From Sarea resinae (lineage: Eukaryota), in NCBI GenBank assembly GCA_026026165.1, contig JAPEUD010000061.1, forward strand, positions 62,001 through 126,000: 64,000 nucleotides of DNA, given 5' to 3'. The notes under the pieces were generated by a model, which saw only the letters and a list, made by a program, of their open reading frames with translations, did not search any database and was not told where the DNA came from. The position numbers and the translations under genes are program-made. Shown here in pieces: positions 1 to 12,258 of this stretch. Numbering within the stretch: position 1 is the stretch's first letter; each line of letters opens with the position of its first letter.

Positions 1-15
1 ATCAAACCCAAGAAT

Positions 16-453
16 CTACCCACCAGTGCCAAGATTGTGTAGCGCCTGTGCGGCGATCAAGTCGTCCATGGACAATACACTAGTGGCTCTCTGGTCGCGC
101 CCCTCGGAGTCCATGATGGAGTTGTCCAGACTCGGTCCCGCAGGAATCGCCTCGATGCTATTCTCCAGCTGAGATGAAGCCACAGAAGGCGAGTCGTGAT
201 ACATGGTGGAAGAAGTCTGCTCCGATTGTTGAGTCTCCACGCTTGCACGCGACGAAGAAAATGCGTTTCCCAGTCGGTGCGCATCAGTAGAAAATTGGCC
301 ATGATTCCAAGATGGGACGTTTTCTTCAACCGTCCGATTCGAGCCAGGAGGCGCAATTGCAACATGCGAAGCTTGGGCCGGAGCGGCCTTTTCGATGGGC
401 GTGACGGCTTCACGATGGTGCGAATACGCGGGCGGATATTCCTGGGCGGACAT
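16..453 (-). CDS. Opi1-family transcriptional regulator, first exon (gene runs off the window edge)
   Basis: ORF starts MSAQEYPP and contains RATSVLSMDDLIAAQALHNL, which matches my recollection of the SMDDxxAAxAL motif of filamentous-fungal Opi1 homologues. A probable GTGGGT donor near position 24 means the apparent stop is intronic. Confidence 0.65.
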   Translation of the reverse strand: MSAQEYPPAYSHHREAVTPIEKAAPAQASHVAIAPPGSNRTVEENVPSWNHGQFSTDAHRLGNAFSSSRASVETQQSEQTSSTMYHDSPSVASSQLENSIEAIPAGPSLDNSIMDSEGRDQRATSVLSMDDLIAAQALHNLGTGG

Positions 454-1525
454 TGTTGCTGGTTGCTGTTCTGGGTGATGTTATCGCATACATATGAGAG
501 ACTACGTGGTGATAGCAGTCGTCTGACAGCTGACGGCCGATTTGACGATGGAAAGTGCAGATTTGATGATGGCAGCAATAGCCGTTACAATGGTGGTGGT
601 GGTGGTGATGGTGGTGGTGTTGGCAATTGGCAATTGGCGCTGGTCGTTGGCGTTGACCCTGTCACATGTCTCGTTTTGACATGTGCCCCATCCAGCCATT
701 TCTCACGAACTCTCCCTACCCGCCAGAGGAGTATCGGATGCAATTCCTCACCAATTGGCCCGTCACAAGCAGCCGCAAGCAGCCGCGATGATGCACGGCT
801 GCTCATGACTCCGTACCATGTTCAAGTTGACAATTCAGCCACCTGCATCGCGATGAATTGTGCAATACCGACTGCTCTGCCCTCGATCAGTGGACATGAT
901 CAGTTCAGGGTTCTCTTGGCAGCCCTGAAGCCATGTCTGTGCTCCTGAGGCGGTGGGTATCGGCACTGACGTCATCGGATGAGTACCTACATTGGATTGC
1001 AGACGTGCCACCTCTAGTAATACGGTGTCATACCGTCGTGATCTCCAAACCTCGGAATGCTCTCCCGCACACCAATTGACTCGACTACAACCTATGAACG
1101 GGTCACCATCTCGTGAATAAACGTACGCCTGGTCCGTGTGCATAGATCTTGACTGATCTGGCCTGCTGACTAGGAGACCGTAGGGCTGACGACTCGACCT
1201 CATCGTAAGCTCCCACCGGATTAGTGAGATACTTGGAGATCTGCACTTGCGGCTCTAGAGTAGTGCTGGAGGGCTTGAGCATTGCCTACGGCTGCAAGGC
1301 AGCAATTGGGATTGGAACTTGTTTTAGAGCTTCTGTAGTTAATTGGTCACAGAACGAACATCTCACAATGGCTACAGGTTCACGCCTGTCGGTGTCTCAA
1401 AGTGCCTTGTAACTTTTAATTTCTCAAGCTAATGAGTCTCTATGTGAGATGACCATGTAGATAGCAGAGGCATTTCCCATCATGTTCCCAACCACAATTC
1501 GTGAATCATCAAGCACACTCCCCGT

Positions 1526-2567
<1,042 letters not shown>

Positions 2568-5115
2568 TTTGAATTGATGTGATGTATGAACGGTGGAGAA
2601 GTGGAAAGATGATTCGATGAATTGTCGTGACGGGATAGAGTAATTCGAGTAGATGATGGAAAGCAGATGAGGAAGAGAAGAGGACGGGGTCGGTGCTTTA
2701 TGACTTTTGTAGTCTGTCTAGGCCTAGAGTGGGATTGGCAAGGAGGGGGAGGGGTGGTGGGATACTCGGGATCGATGGGGGGGGGGGGGGTATGACTGCA
2801 TAGGTCGAGAGCAGTGGATAATCCACTACCTCACACCGATCCGTTTATCTCCCGATCGACTGGAGCTCAGGTCACCTCTACCGTCCGTCTCAGCGACTAC
2901 GGTCCCTGCTCTCACCGGTTCTGCTCTCAACCACCTTCTGCCCAGGCCCGGCCATGTCTCGGGTACGTGCGAGGGTACTCCGGAGTACTCTGCTCGCTGC
3001 TGTCTGTGAGAGGAACATCCTACCTACTCTAGTCGAGGTGCCAATCATGAACTTTAGGTCTGACCTACTCATAGTAAGGTGTGGCCATCCATGGATTGCA
3101 GAAGTACTCTGGGGTCATGAGTACAAGGAAAGCTTCTCTTCTTCATCTACTCTATTCTACTCTACGCCATGTCGTCTGCTCAACACCTTGGAGGGGCAAC
3201 TGGACCGTCAAACAGCCGGCGATGGCTGCTGTGAGGTGGCGGGCTGGAGGGGTGTCCATCCATGGATGTTACCAATGACGCCAGACGCCAGTCCGGACTT
3301 CGACTTCCTTCTAGCTGCAGCGCGTAGAAGACCAACGCATCAGTAGTACAGAGCACACAGATACCGCAGCGGGAGGAGGGTAACAGGAGAACATGGCAAT
3401 TGAGATCAACGACAACGATATCTCCCCTCCTTTTCCCCTCTACTACGAAGTAGAGGTACGACGTAGTAGATGATGCCACAGTGGACGAGGGGCCCGCTAA
3501 TGGTGGGGCAATGGCCACTTTTATGTATCGTCCAAAGTACCTCCACTCCTGGACCATACGACGCAGGGCCCTTGATGGTCCCCGTGCCTGTTCCGCCATG
3601 GAGACGAGATCCAAGAGCCTGGAGGGTCAAAGGTTCTCCTGGGGAGGGTACTCGATACGTCCGAGTACCGCCTGGCCTGTCTTCAACGTTCGATCGGATT
3701 CTCTCAGGCGAAAGGAAGAGTGGAGAGTTCAGCGTCCGCGGGCGCGCTGTTCTCCACCGGACATGGCATGACGTACTCGGCTCAACAGGATGCCGTCATG
3801 TACTCGGTACTTGTGCAGAGAGCCTCGAGCCAGCGCCCACCGAGATGCGTGTACTTCTACTTGTCCTTCAAAGCCCTTTGCGGCGATCGCTTCATCGATC
3901 GATGTCATGCCCTGATTGACTCCCACTGCGCCCGGAGAGGCTACCTCCACTCCTATTACTCCGGGAGTACTCGCTCCAGTACGACGTAGCTCTTTGACAG
4001 CTCCCTGACTCCCGTCTTTGCTCTGGTAACGCCAAGGTAAAAATAGCGGTGACGGCAACTCGGATGTGATGGCTTCAAACTCCGGAGCAGTCTACCTGAG
4101 CGTTGTCCATGAGATCCTCTCATGCTTCGTCGTGCGGAAGTCCAAGGGTTATGGGAGCATGCAGCTGTCTGGTCATCTGTCACGAGACATGCACCAATGC
4201 TGTCCTTCGCATTGCTTTGCCGGCCTTCAGGGCGCGACGTGTCCACTTGATGCACGATGGATTTAAAAGGTGGATGCTTACATATCTGGGGCCGAGGACT
4301 CAATCTAGCCGTCGGGGTTGACTAACAGTCAGAATGGGCTTTGTTTTGACGGGAGCCACTCTCGCCACTTATTCCGGCACCATCCACGCCTTATTGAGAC
4401 ACCCCTGATTGCGAGCGAGATGATTCTTCTGACCCACGGAGCGTTCGTATTGCAATTGAATCGTCAAAGGCGAAATAAGTTGTTCGAGCGTTCCTGATTT
4501 TGGGTTGGGTAAATTCCTCCTTGGAATTGGTCCAGTTTCTACCTTTCAACTCCATTCCTCGTGCTTCTCCCTTGCAGTTCGCTCAGGCTCTCGGCTTCAA
4601 TTTCGAGCGTATTTCCTTCAAGTCCCATTCTTTGAAGCGCGCTGTTTTAATTGCACTGCGTCTCAGCGGAACGAGCATAAACAAACATGGCTTCCCTGCT
4701 ATCTCCCGTCCATTTTGTTTTCTCTTTTGAATTTTTCGCAGCCGATGACTTTCGCAGTCAGTCCCCCGTTTGGCCAATTTTCCGTCGTTTTCAACGCGTC
4801 ATTGGCAGCATCACCGTCGGTAAAGTACACGAAGGAATAGGATAGCCTAGAAGCGGAGAAACTATGAATGAAAGCGACGCGATCAACGGTTGAGATCTCT
4901 GCACGCGCGACAAGCAAACCTCCTACGATCATGCGTCTTTTCCGAGTCAGATATTTTTATTCTGGTCTATAAGAACAATTCACCTTCATTGATGACTGTG
5001 TGCGACACCATCAGTAAGGTGCGGGTCTGCCCGGTTTACTTTCTTTTCCACCCTGGTTATTGATCTATCAAATATTCGCCGCCGAGTCCACGAAGCCATT
5101 GGTATCACTACCAGC

Positions 5116-8061
5116 ATGCCAGCAGGACTCAGAGAAAGAGCCACATCCTCGGGCCCACACGAGCCTGATATCGGCTTGGTCATCGGAATTGCTGTCGCTG
5201 CAGCTGTTCTCCTTTTCGTCATCTTGTCCGTGGTATTCGTCTCGTGTCTACATTCGAGACAGAAGCGCCAACTTGAAGCCCTTAACGCAGAGGCCAGACA
5301 GAGACGACTGAGCGGTTATCCGGGCGGACATCTCAGTATCGACGGAGAGACAGCTGAAACCGTTCAGAGACCCCGGGAAGCTTTGAGAAGGAGTACCTAT
5401 TCTGTATACGGGAGTCCCGCCGGCTGGGGAGTTTTATCTTCTCGTGAAAACATCCACGATGGACCATTGCTAGCCGGAATATCAAGAAGTCTGGCGCCAT
5501 GGAGATCACCCAAATTACATCGTCCGCGTCGGCCTCAAGGTATACCACCCAAACCTTCTTCGCGGATAGGGTTCAGGAAGGGTTCGCTTGGACTCGCAGT
5601 GCCTCTGAAAAAGTTTCGAGGGTCACCTCTGTCCGCTATTACCGAAAGCCCGAGGACCCAGGCAACAGGCTCACCAAAGATGAACACTCTATTCGAGCTT
5701 CCGGCCAGTCTTCCCAGCTCACCTTCACAGTCTCCAGATTCACTGTGCAATGGACAGCCGGGTCCGGCTATACGGGCTGCTAAGGCGGAGGACTTTCGTC
5801 ATGAGGAGCTCAAGCCTGAGCCTCTTTTCGGGTCTCGACACCACGACTCTACCCAGAAGCACAAATCCATGCCGGCAGCTCTTGATGAGCCCAAGCAACA
5901 TCGTGCGATTCCACGTCCTATTCAGCAGCAACGCCCGCTGAGCCTAGGTGGCCAGCAATCCCGAGAAGTGTCGCGAGAGTCTGTGCCTACCTTATCTCGC
6001 TACACGTCCTTGTCGATCAACGGCAGTAATGTGCCGCGATCTTCATATACTTCCGTATCAAGCGCTGAAACCGTCGGGAGTTCCATTATCCACCTACGAG
6101 GGTCTAGACCGATTTCAGAACTCGAGCCTGAGCCCATTTCAATAGACTTGACGTCTCTGTTACCCCCTTCGGCTGATAGAAATTACAGCAATCGACACGA
6201 AAGTAAGACGGATATGTGGCGGTCACCATCAGTTACGGGAATGAGGCCTCCCATTGGGAGATCATGGATGCGCAGTCTTCACAATCAGCGATTGCGTGGG
6301 TCAGTACGTGGAACCCTCAACGACAAGAACCTCCAAAGAGCTTCAAGCGAACGCATCGCGTCCGGCAACAGCCAACCGTCTTTCGTTTCTTTGAATCGGA
6401 CTGCCAGTGAACATTCACACGATGGAAACCTCAACTCTGTCCGGAATATATACAGCCCTATTTCATCATCTCCATTTCGCAGTCGGGATCCATCTGCATC
6501 AGCCTCACCTCTAGTGTCAACAGAGGACCGGTCGAGTCAATCGCCCTTTTCCGCCACCCGAGTATCTCAGCTTGGGTCCCCCAGCGCAGGCCGTAGAGCC
6601 AACCGATCTGCGATCCCTCTCCGAAGCGTTTCAGGAAATCAATCGAACCCTTCCCCAAGCCGTGCCTCGTCTGTTCGTTCCTCTGTGGCAGAAGGAAACC
6701 CCTTTCACTGGGACACTGTCACCCTGCAGACAGGCAAACCCTCTGCGCTCAAAGGGAGTCCTCGGGCCCGCAAAGGGCACAAGCGACAAAATTGCGTTCG
6801 CATATCTGTTCAGGCTCCAACGGTGCTAGGTCTGGGAAGTAGTCGGCCTTGCACGCCGATGCTGGAAGAAGAACCCGGCAGCGACATGGAGAGTCCACCG
6901 CAGAAACAGCAACAGCGGTCCGCAAGGAGCAACCCAAGCCTAATGGGTCCACGTCTCCTCCCCCGACCTCCGTCCGTCTCGACGTTCAACCCGCAGATTA
7001 AGAACCACCAAGCGCTCTCTACGCCCCGTCGCTCCATCGAGCGTAATTTCGGCGACGATTCCCCCACCTTTGCAGAACATAACATTTACCACAGCCCTGG
7101 CAGCTATCTGGATGAGTCCAGCACTCCAAGGGACGATGAAGAAGACCCCTTCGGTCCCTCGACAAACGGCAGCTCCCCTGGGGGGCACTGTTACCGAAAT
7201 CACAACCACGGGTCCAACATCTTTGCCCAGGCCTTTTCGCCTTCGTCGTTTGAAACCGTCGCAACGACCACTTCGCCCACGCCAACATCGCCTTCTCTCT
7301 TTGGATTTGCTACTCCGGCCCACGCAACGGCGCCCGCACCGCTCAAGTTCCAGACGCTCTCGGACCTCAAAGAACCATCCACACCCAGTACCATCGCATC
7401 TTCTCTTCTCCTCTCGCCCCGTTCTGGCCCACCTCCCCCGTCGCAAGACGTCCTTGCGTCTGCGCCAGCATGGAGCCCAGAACAGCGTCCAGGAGCCCAA
7501 GCCAAAACTCAGGCCTCCAAGGCAGTCTCCACGGGCATCAGTACCACTCAGAAAAAGGAAATCATCGCACCATCCGACGCCCTCTCAGCCCTCCCTCCGA
7601 GCCGCCATCGGGAGATCCAGAAAAAAGAGGAAGAAGACCGCACCGAAGCAGTCCGAGCCTCAGTCCTCGCTCTCCGCCGCATGAATTCCGACGTTTCGAT
7701 CTTCGGCTCGGAGAAGAGCATCCTCTATCTCAACATGGGCGCCTCATCCACCTCGGTCAATAACGAGAACGAGGATCCCTCGCCATTGTCGTCTGCAGCG
7801 ACGGCAAGGGACCAATCGCCGCGACCGACGAAGATGCTCAGGCTTGACGGTGGGGATGCTGTCGGTGTTGGTGGAGGAGGCAAACGGGGCTCTCTGAAGG
7901 TGGACGCGAGAAGTAGAGACAGGAAGGTGCAGGGGCCCAAAGGACCTCGAACGCCCTCACAGTCTCCACTGAGGAAGATCCAGGGCGCCTCTTCTCCCGT
8001 CAGGGGCTCGGTCCGCGGCACACCCGGAAGCCTCTACGATCAGGATGGATTCCTGAAGTAG
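5116..8061 (+). CDS. Uncharacterised single-pass membrane protein with a long Ser/Pro/Arg-rich disordered tail (981 aa)
   Basis: Uninterrupted 2.9-kb ORF. N-terminal hydrophobic helix IGLVIGIAVAAAVLLFVILSVVFV is followed by basic residues, and the remainder is low complexity. Confidence 0.85.
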   Translation: MPAGLRERATSSGPHEPDIGLVIGIAVAAAVLLFVILSVVFVSCLHSRQKRQLEALNAEARQRRLSGYPGGHLSIDGETAETVQRPREALRRSTYSVYGSPAGWGVLSSRENIHDGPLLAGISRSLAPWRSPKLHRPRRPQGIPPKPSSRIGFRKGSLGLAVPLKKFRGSPLSAITESPRTQATGSPKMNTLFELPASLPSSPSQSPDSLCNGQPGPAIRAAKAEDFRHEELKPEPLFGSRHHDSTQKHKSMPAALDEPKQHRAIPRPIQQQRPLSLGGQQSREVSRESVPTLSRYTSLSINGSNVPRSSYTSVSSAETVGSSIIHLRGSRPISELEPEPISIDLTSLLPPSADRNYSNRHESKTDMWRSPSVTGMRPPIGRSWMRSLHNQRLRGSVRGTLNDKNLQRASSERIASGNSQPSFVSLNRTASEHSHDGNLNSVRNIYSPISSSPFRSRDPSASASPLVSTEDRSSQSPFSATRVSQLGSPSAGRRANRSAIPLRSVSGNQSNPSPSRASSVRSSVAEGNPFHWDTVTLQTGKPSALKGSPRARKGHKRQNCVRISVQAPTVLGLGSSRPCTPMLEEEPGSDMESPPQKQQQRSARSNPSLMGPRLLPRPPSVSTFNPQIKNHQALSTPRRSIERNFGDDSPTFAEHNIYHSPGSYLDESSTPRDDEEDPFGPSTNGSSPGGHCYRNHNHGSNIFAQAFSPSSFETVATTTSPTPTSPSLFGFATPAHATAPAPLKFQTLSDLKEPSTPSTIASSLLLSPRSGPPPPSQDVLASAPAWSPEQRPGAQAKTQASKAVSTGISTTQKKEIIAPSDALSALPPSRHREIQKKEEEDRTEAVRASVLALRRMNSDVSIFGSEKSILYLNMGASSTSVNNENEDPSPLSSAATARDQSPRPTKMLRLDGGDAVGVGGGGKRGSLKVDARSRDRKVQGPKGPRTPSQSPLRKIQGASSPVRGSVRGTPGSLYDQDGFLK

Positions 8062-9599
8062 ATTCACTAAGTTCTTACAAACCGCCTTTACGTCTTCATA
8101 GCTTCTTTCTTTTCATGATATCCGGGCACTGGGATAGCGAGCAAGTCAAGAAATGCGTGCTTAACTATCAGCATCGCGCATAATCTAGGATTCCTGTAAT
8201 AGGAAACCGAGCCATTCATGGGACCTAGCGAACTATTCTTTTCCACTTCTCCCTCTTGCGCCGTCCGAAGGTGCTTTACTATCTTTCCTTCCCTCTCCTC
8301 ATCTTGACCTTTCTGTTCTCGTTTTCCATCATTCCTTTTAAGTCTGTCTGTCTGCCTGCTCTCCTTCTTGTATCCATTCAACTTTTCTATCTGGTAGTTC
8401 AATACTTCCTTCTCTCCTTTATCGTCCTTTTTTTACGTGAAATCGGTCTTATATGATCTGACGTGATCTAATTTGGTTTGCGGGGGCGCCTCGCTTGGAA
8501 CTTCATACGGTGTCTTTGTTTTGTTCTATTCTATTCTTTTCGTTTCTGGTGATTGGGACTAAGGACTGAGACTTGGAATCTTTGTCGGACGGAGGGTCTG
8601 ATGATATCTTTGGACGGACCAGGGCGGGAGACGCGCATTGAGTATTCTCACTCTTCTTCTTCTCCTTCTCTTTCTCCTGTTTCTTCATCTTCGTCTTCTT
8701 CCGCACATTCGTACGCAATACTTTAGTAATTAGAGATATAGCAGAGGAAGTCCCGATCCTGATTGCATCAATGATAGTTGGCCTGTTTTAATTCCAGCTT
8801 AGGAATTCACTCTGTTGTGGTTGTATGTGTATATGTGTATATATATCCGTAAGTGCATGTGTACATATGCGGGGGCGATGAAGAATCTCCGACCAACCAT
8901 TCCGATCTTCTCATCTTCCGATCTCTCTAATATCCCGAACTTCAAAGCTTGATCCAAGGCCTATGATACAGTAACTTAGTCCTCCCCTTCCTTGCCCTCC
9001 CCTCTCACGCTTCTCACTTCCCACGTCCCCTTTCTCGGCCCTTCTCGGCCCTCACTCTTCTCTCTTCCCCCTTTCTTCATCCCACCTCGAACCCTCACCT
9101 CGAACACCTCTGAGCGAGCCCCCAAACACCTCCGAGCGAGCGAGCTCCTTCCAACTCCTCCCGAAGGAAGAAAAAACTGCCTGGCTCTCTTTGATCGATT
9201 GGTGATTTCTCTCTGATGTTATTATCACGTCCATTCTTCGGTGCGTGGGCTGGTGGGCGGATTCTAAAGAAGAGAAGAGAAGGGGAGAAGAGAAGAGAAG
9301 AAGAGAGGAGGATATGTGCAGAGGAGGAAATGTGCCGGGGAGGAATAAGAAATGGGGGAGGGGGAGGATTAACAGGGCGGAAAAGAGCAGGGGAAAAGGG
9401 GGGTCCTTTATATGTTTTGTTTTCGTGAGCGGTACTTTTGTACTTGATACTGTTGGACATGTTGTATATCTGTTCTTGGTGATGCTTGTGCTTTATCTGT
9501 GGCAATGTGCTATTGTGCTATAGTGCTATGGTGTTATGGTGCTGGAGTGGGCTGGAGTGGGCTGAACTGGGTGGGCTGGGCTGGATTGAATTGACTGGG

Positions 9600-9930
9600 C
9601 TAGATTCGCTGGAGTGGGCTGGGGCGATTGGGCTGGGGTGGCTGGATTGGATTAGGCGGGGCGATGGAGTTGTGTGGGGTGTGGTGGGCTGTGCTGTGTT
9701 GGGCTGTGCTGGGGCGATGGAGTTATGTGGGCGTGTGGGCGTGTGGATGGAGGAATAGAAAGACAGACAGAAGAATGGATGGATTAGGGATGGATTGATA
9801 GCTGATGGATAGCTGACAGAAGAATGGATAGAGGGATAGGAAACCACCTCAGCCCGTCCGCCGCCATTTATTACCTCCTTCTCCTTTATCTTCACTTTCA
9901 CCGTTGGCATTGGCATTGGCATCACTGTCG
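9600..9930 (-). repeat. Degenerate tandem duplication of the Lot5/ICln 3' end and its downstream flank
   Basis: 9844-9884 matches 10044-10084 with 3 mismatches (200-bp offset). The flank GGAGTT(A/G)TGTGG..GGCGTGTGGGCGTGTGGATGGA is present near both 9716-9757 and 9952-10004. Confidence 0.85.
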
Positions 9931-10048
9931 CTAGATTGGGCTGGGTGGAGCGACGGAGTTGTGTGGAGGGATGGGCGTGTGGGCGTGTGGATGGATGGAG
10001 GAATGGATGGATGGATGGATTACTATCTGAGGATAAAAAAACCCCACC

Positions 10049-11314
10049 TCAGCCTGTCCGCCGCCATTTGTTACCTCCTTCACCCTCGCCATCGGCATCA
10101 CCGTCCCCATTCCCGTCTCCATTCCCATCTCCATGCACCAAGACATCCCTCGCGCCGTCTCGCTCGCCCAATCCCAGCACCTCTGCTTCGCCCACCTCAT
10201 CCTCATCAGCGTCTTCAGCACGCGCCCTGACGCTACCAGCGCCTGGCCCTAGTGCTCCCCCACCACCACCAACGCGCGGGTTCCCGTCCGCGTCAAAGTA
10301 CTCGTGCATGTTTTCGCTGGTGATCCAGCCGCCTCCGAGACCGCTGATACCAGAACCCAGGACCGAGCTGGAGCCCGGTATCGAGAGGTCGGCTGTGTCG
10401 AGGCGCGGGGAGCCGCGTGAGCTGGGTTGCGAGGGGGGGTCTGGGTGTAGGTTTGCGCAGGCGCTGAGGGCGGCGAAGAGGGCTTCTGTGGGCGGGGCGG
10501 CGGGGTCGGCGGATATGGCTGTGGGTGCGGGAGTGGTGGAGGTCGAGGGGGAGGTCGATGAAGGAGATGAGGAGGTCGATGAGGCGGATGGGATTATTGT
10601 CAGGGCGAATGTTGGCGCTGAGCCCTCGTCGTCGTCGTCGTCGGAGATCTGCATGGCGTCTTCTCCAGCTCCATTCTCGGTCCCGTTCTCGTTCTCATCT
10701 GCGTCGGCGCCGGTGCTGTCGTCGGCAATCTGCATGTACAGGCCCTGCGTTTCTGTCCCCGAGGATGTCCCTGAGATGCTGGCAGACGCGGGCAGACGCA
10801 GGCGCTGGATCGCATGCAAAAAGATGGACGGGTACGGGATCTGCAGCCCCGTTGCTTTGCTGGTGCTGTAGAGGAGCAGTGATCTGGCGTTGTTGCTGTC
10901 AGCCTCGTGTGGTCTTGGGCTGGAGGTAAGAAGGATAGCGAGCGCGGATGCATCGTGCGAATGTGAATCCGCCATGATCGCATAGTAAAGTACTCACTCG
11001 GACGTCACCCAGACTTCGAAGCCAGCTAGCACTATCGTGTCTTCGTCATCTGTATGCGCCGCCGCCGCCGCATCTCCATTCGTTGTGGTTGTAGTCGTCG
11101 TAGGAGCAGCGGCGCTCTGGCTTTCTCGCACAAAATCTCGCGTGACGGCGCTGTGAGGCAGGTCTTGGCGCGAGAGCAGCAGCAGCGCGGATGAGGCGTG
11201 ATGGTGTAGGACGGGCGGGGCGTTGAAGAAAGAGGCGGGCGTGTGCGATTGGTGTTCTGTGAGCGGCGTGAAGGTGCTTGTTTCGGGCGGGTGCGTGAGA
11301 ATTTCGAGAGACAT
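10049..11314 (-). CDS. LOT5: Lot5/ICln (Voldacs-domain) protein
   Basis: Exon 1 is 11314-10998 (MSLEILTHPP...FTPLTEHQSHTPASFF...VWVTSE), followed by a GTGAGT..CAG intron at 10997-10884. Exon 2 contains GLQIPYPSIFLHAIQR, LFAALSACANLHPDP, GGGWITSENMHEYFDADGN and ends KWRRTG. Confidence 0.85.
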
Positions 11315-11649
11315 GGTGGCTGGCGGTGATGAAGAGGATAGACGGAGAGGTTTGAAGGCTTCAATTGGGTCGTGGGCTTGGATTGGAGCGCGGTGTTTTT
11401 CAACAGAGCGAGTGCGTCGCGGTAGTTTGCGATTTTGGTGTTTTTGGTGTTGGTGGGCTAGGTCTTTACGGTCTGACGTAGCTTTGGTGGGGTTGAGATA
11501 CGGTATCACTACCAGACCTTGAGTGCAGTATGTAGGTGCTGATGATGCTGGTCCAGAAAGATGGGATGCAGGTGATTGAAGCCTAAATGATGGAGTGATG
11601 GGTGTGTACTGTATATATTTGATTATGAATGCTAGTTGCTCACTGTCTG

Positions 11650-12258
11650 CTATCGAATATCTAGCCCCCCAAACGCTCTATCTAACTCCTCGCCCTCCCC
11701 TCCCGTCGTCGTCCCCGCTCGATCCGTCCCATCTTCCCTCGAGGCCGGCGCAATACTATCGACCGACATCAAGTCGGCTGGGGGTTGCGCGCCGTGGCCG
11801 TCGTGAGCACCCCCACCACCGTCCTTTCTCTCTGGCTCCAAGATCTTCTCTTCTCGATCGAGCCAGCCGGGCGCCAGCCTTCTCTTCTCCGCCAGGTCCC
11901 GTTCCTTGATCCGCTCATCCCATTCCCTCAATGTACGCTCGGCGTCGTCTTGGAGCTGTTGCAGATGAGCCTGCAGCGCGCGACAAGAGGCAATGATCTC
12001 GTCCGGGTGTGCCGCGTGACCGGTCGACGAGACGACGTATTTGGGCTTCTCGGAGCCGTTGAGGTCGCCGGTTGACGACGGGGGAAGAGTCGAGGGCAGA
12101 GATTTGTAGGTGTACGGCAGCGTGGTGGCGGTTGGCAGGGACACAAAGGGGGAGACGGTCAAGGGGATCTGGGCGAGCAGATGATGCGTTTCTGGGGAAT
12201 TGGATGAGCTGAGGCTTTTGGTGGTTGGAAAGGGGGGTAGCTTACGTCCGTCATGCAT
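11650..12258 (-). CDS. Conserved fungal hypothetical protein with a coiled-coil segment
   Basis: ATG at 12258 with a probable 54-nt in-frame intron at 12245-12192 (GTAAGC..CCCCAG). Contains VSPFVSLPTATTLPYTYK and AEKRRLAPGWLDREEKILEP. Confidence 0.75.
   Translation of the reverse strand: MHDGRKLPPFPTTKSLSSSNSPETHHLLAQIPLTVSPFVSLPTATTLPYTYKSLPSTLPPSSTGDLNGSEKPKYVVSSTGHAAHPDEIIASCRALQAHLQQLQDDAERTLREWDERIKERDLAEKRRLAPGWLDREEKILEPERKDGGGGAHDGHGAQPPADLMSVDSIAPASREDGTDRAGTTTGGEGEELDRAFGGLDIR

Noticed and set aside
196..948. 250-aa plus-strand ORF
   Set aside because: Antisense to the Opi1-like exon and its leader, with a GTG start and no recognisable domain.
8980..9410. Pyrimidine tract followed by a purine tract, suggesting an inverted repeat
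   Set aside because: Only compositional complementarity, with no sustained base-paired stem.
9518..10871. ORFs 9518-9925 (-) and 9936-10871 (+)
   Set aside because: Products of low-complexity repeats or the antisense shadow of Lot5.
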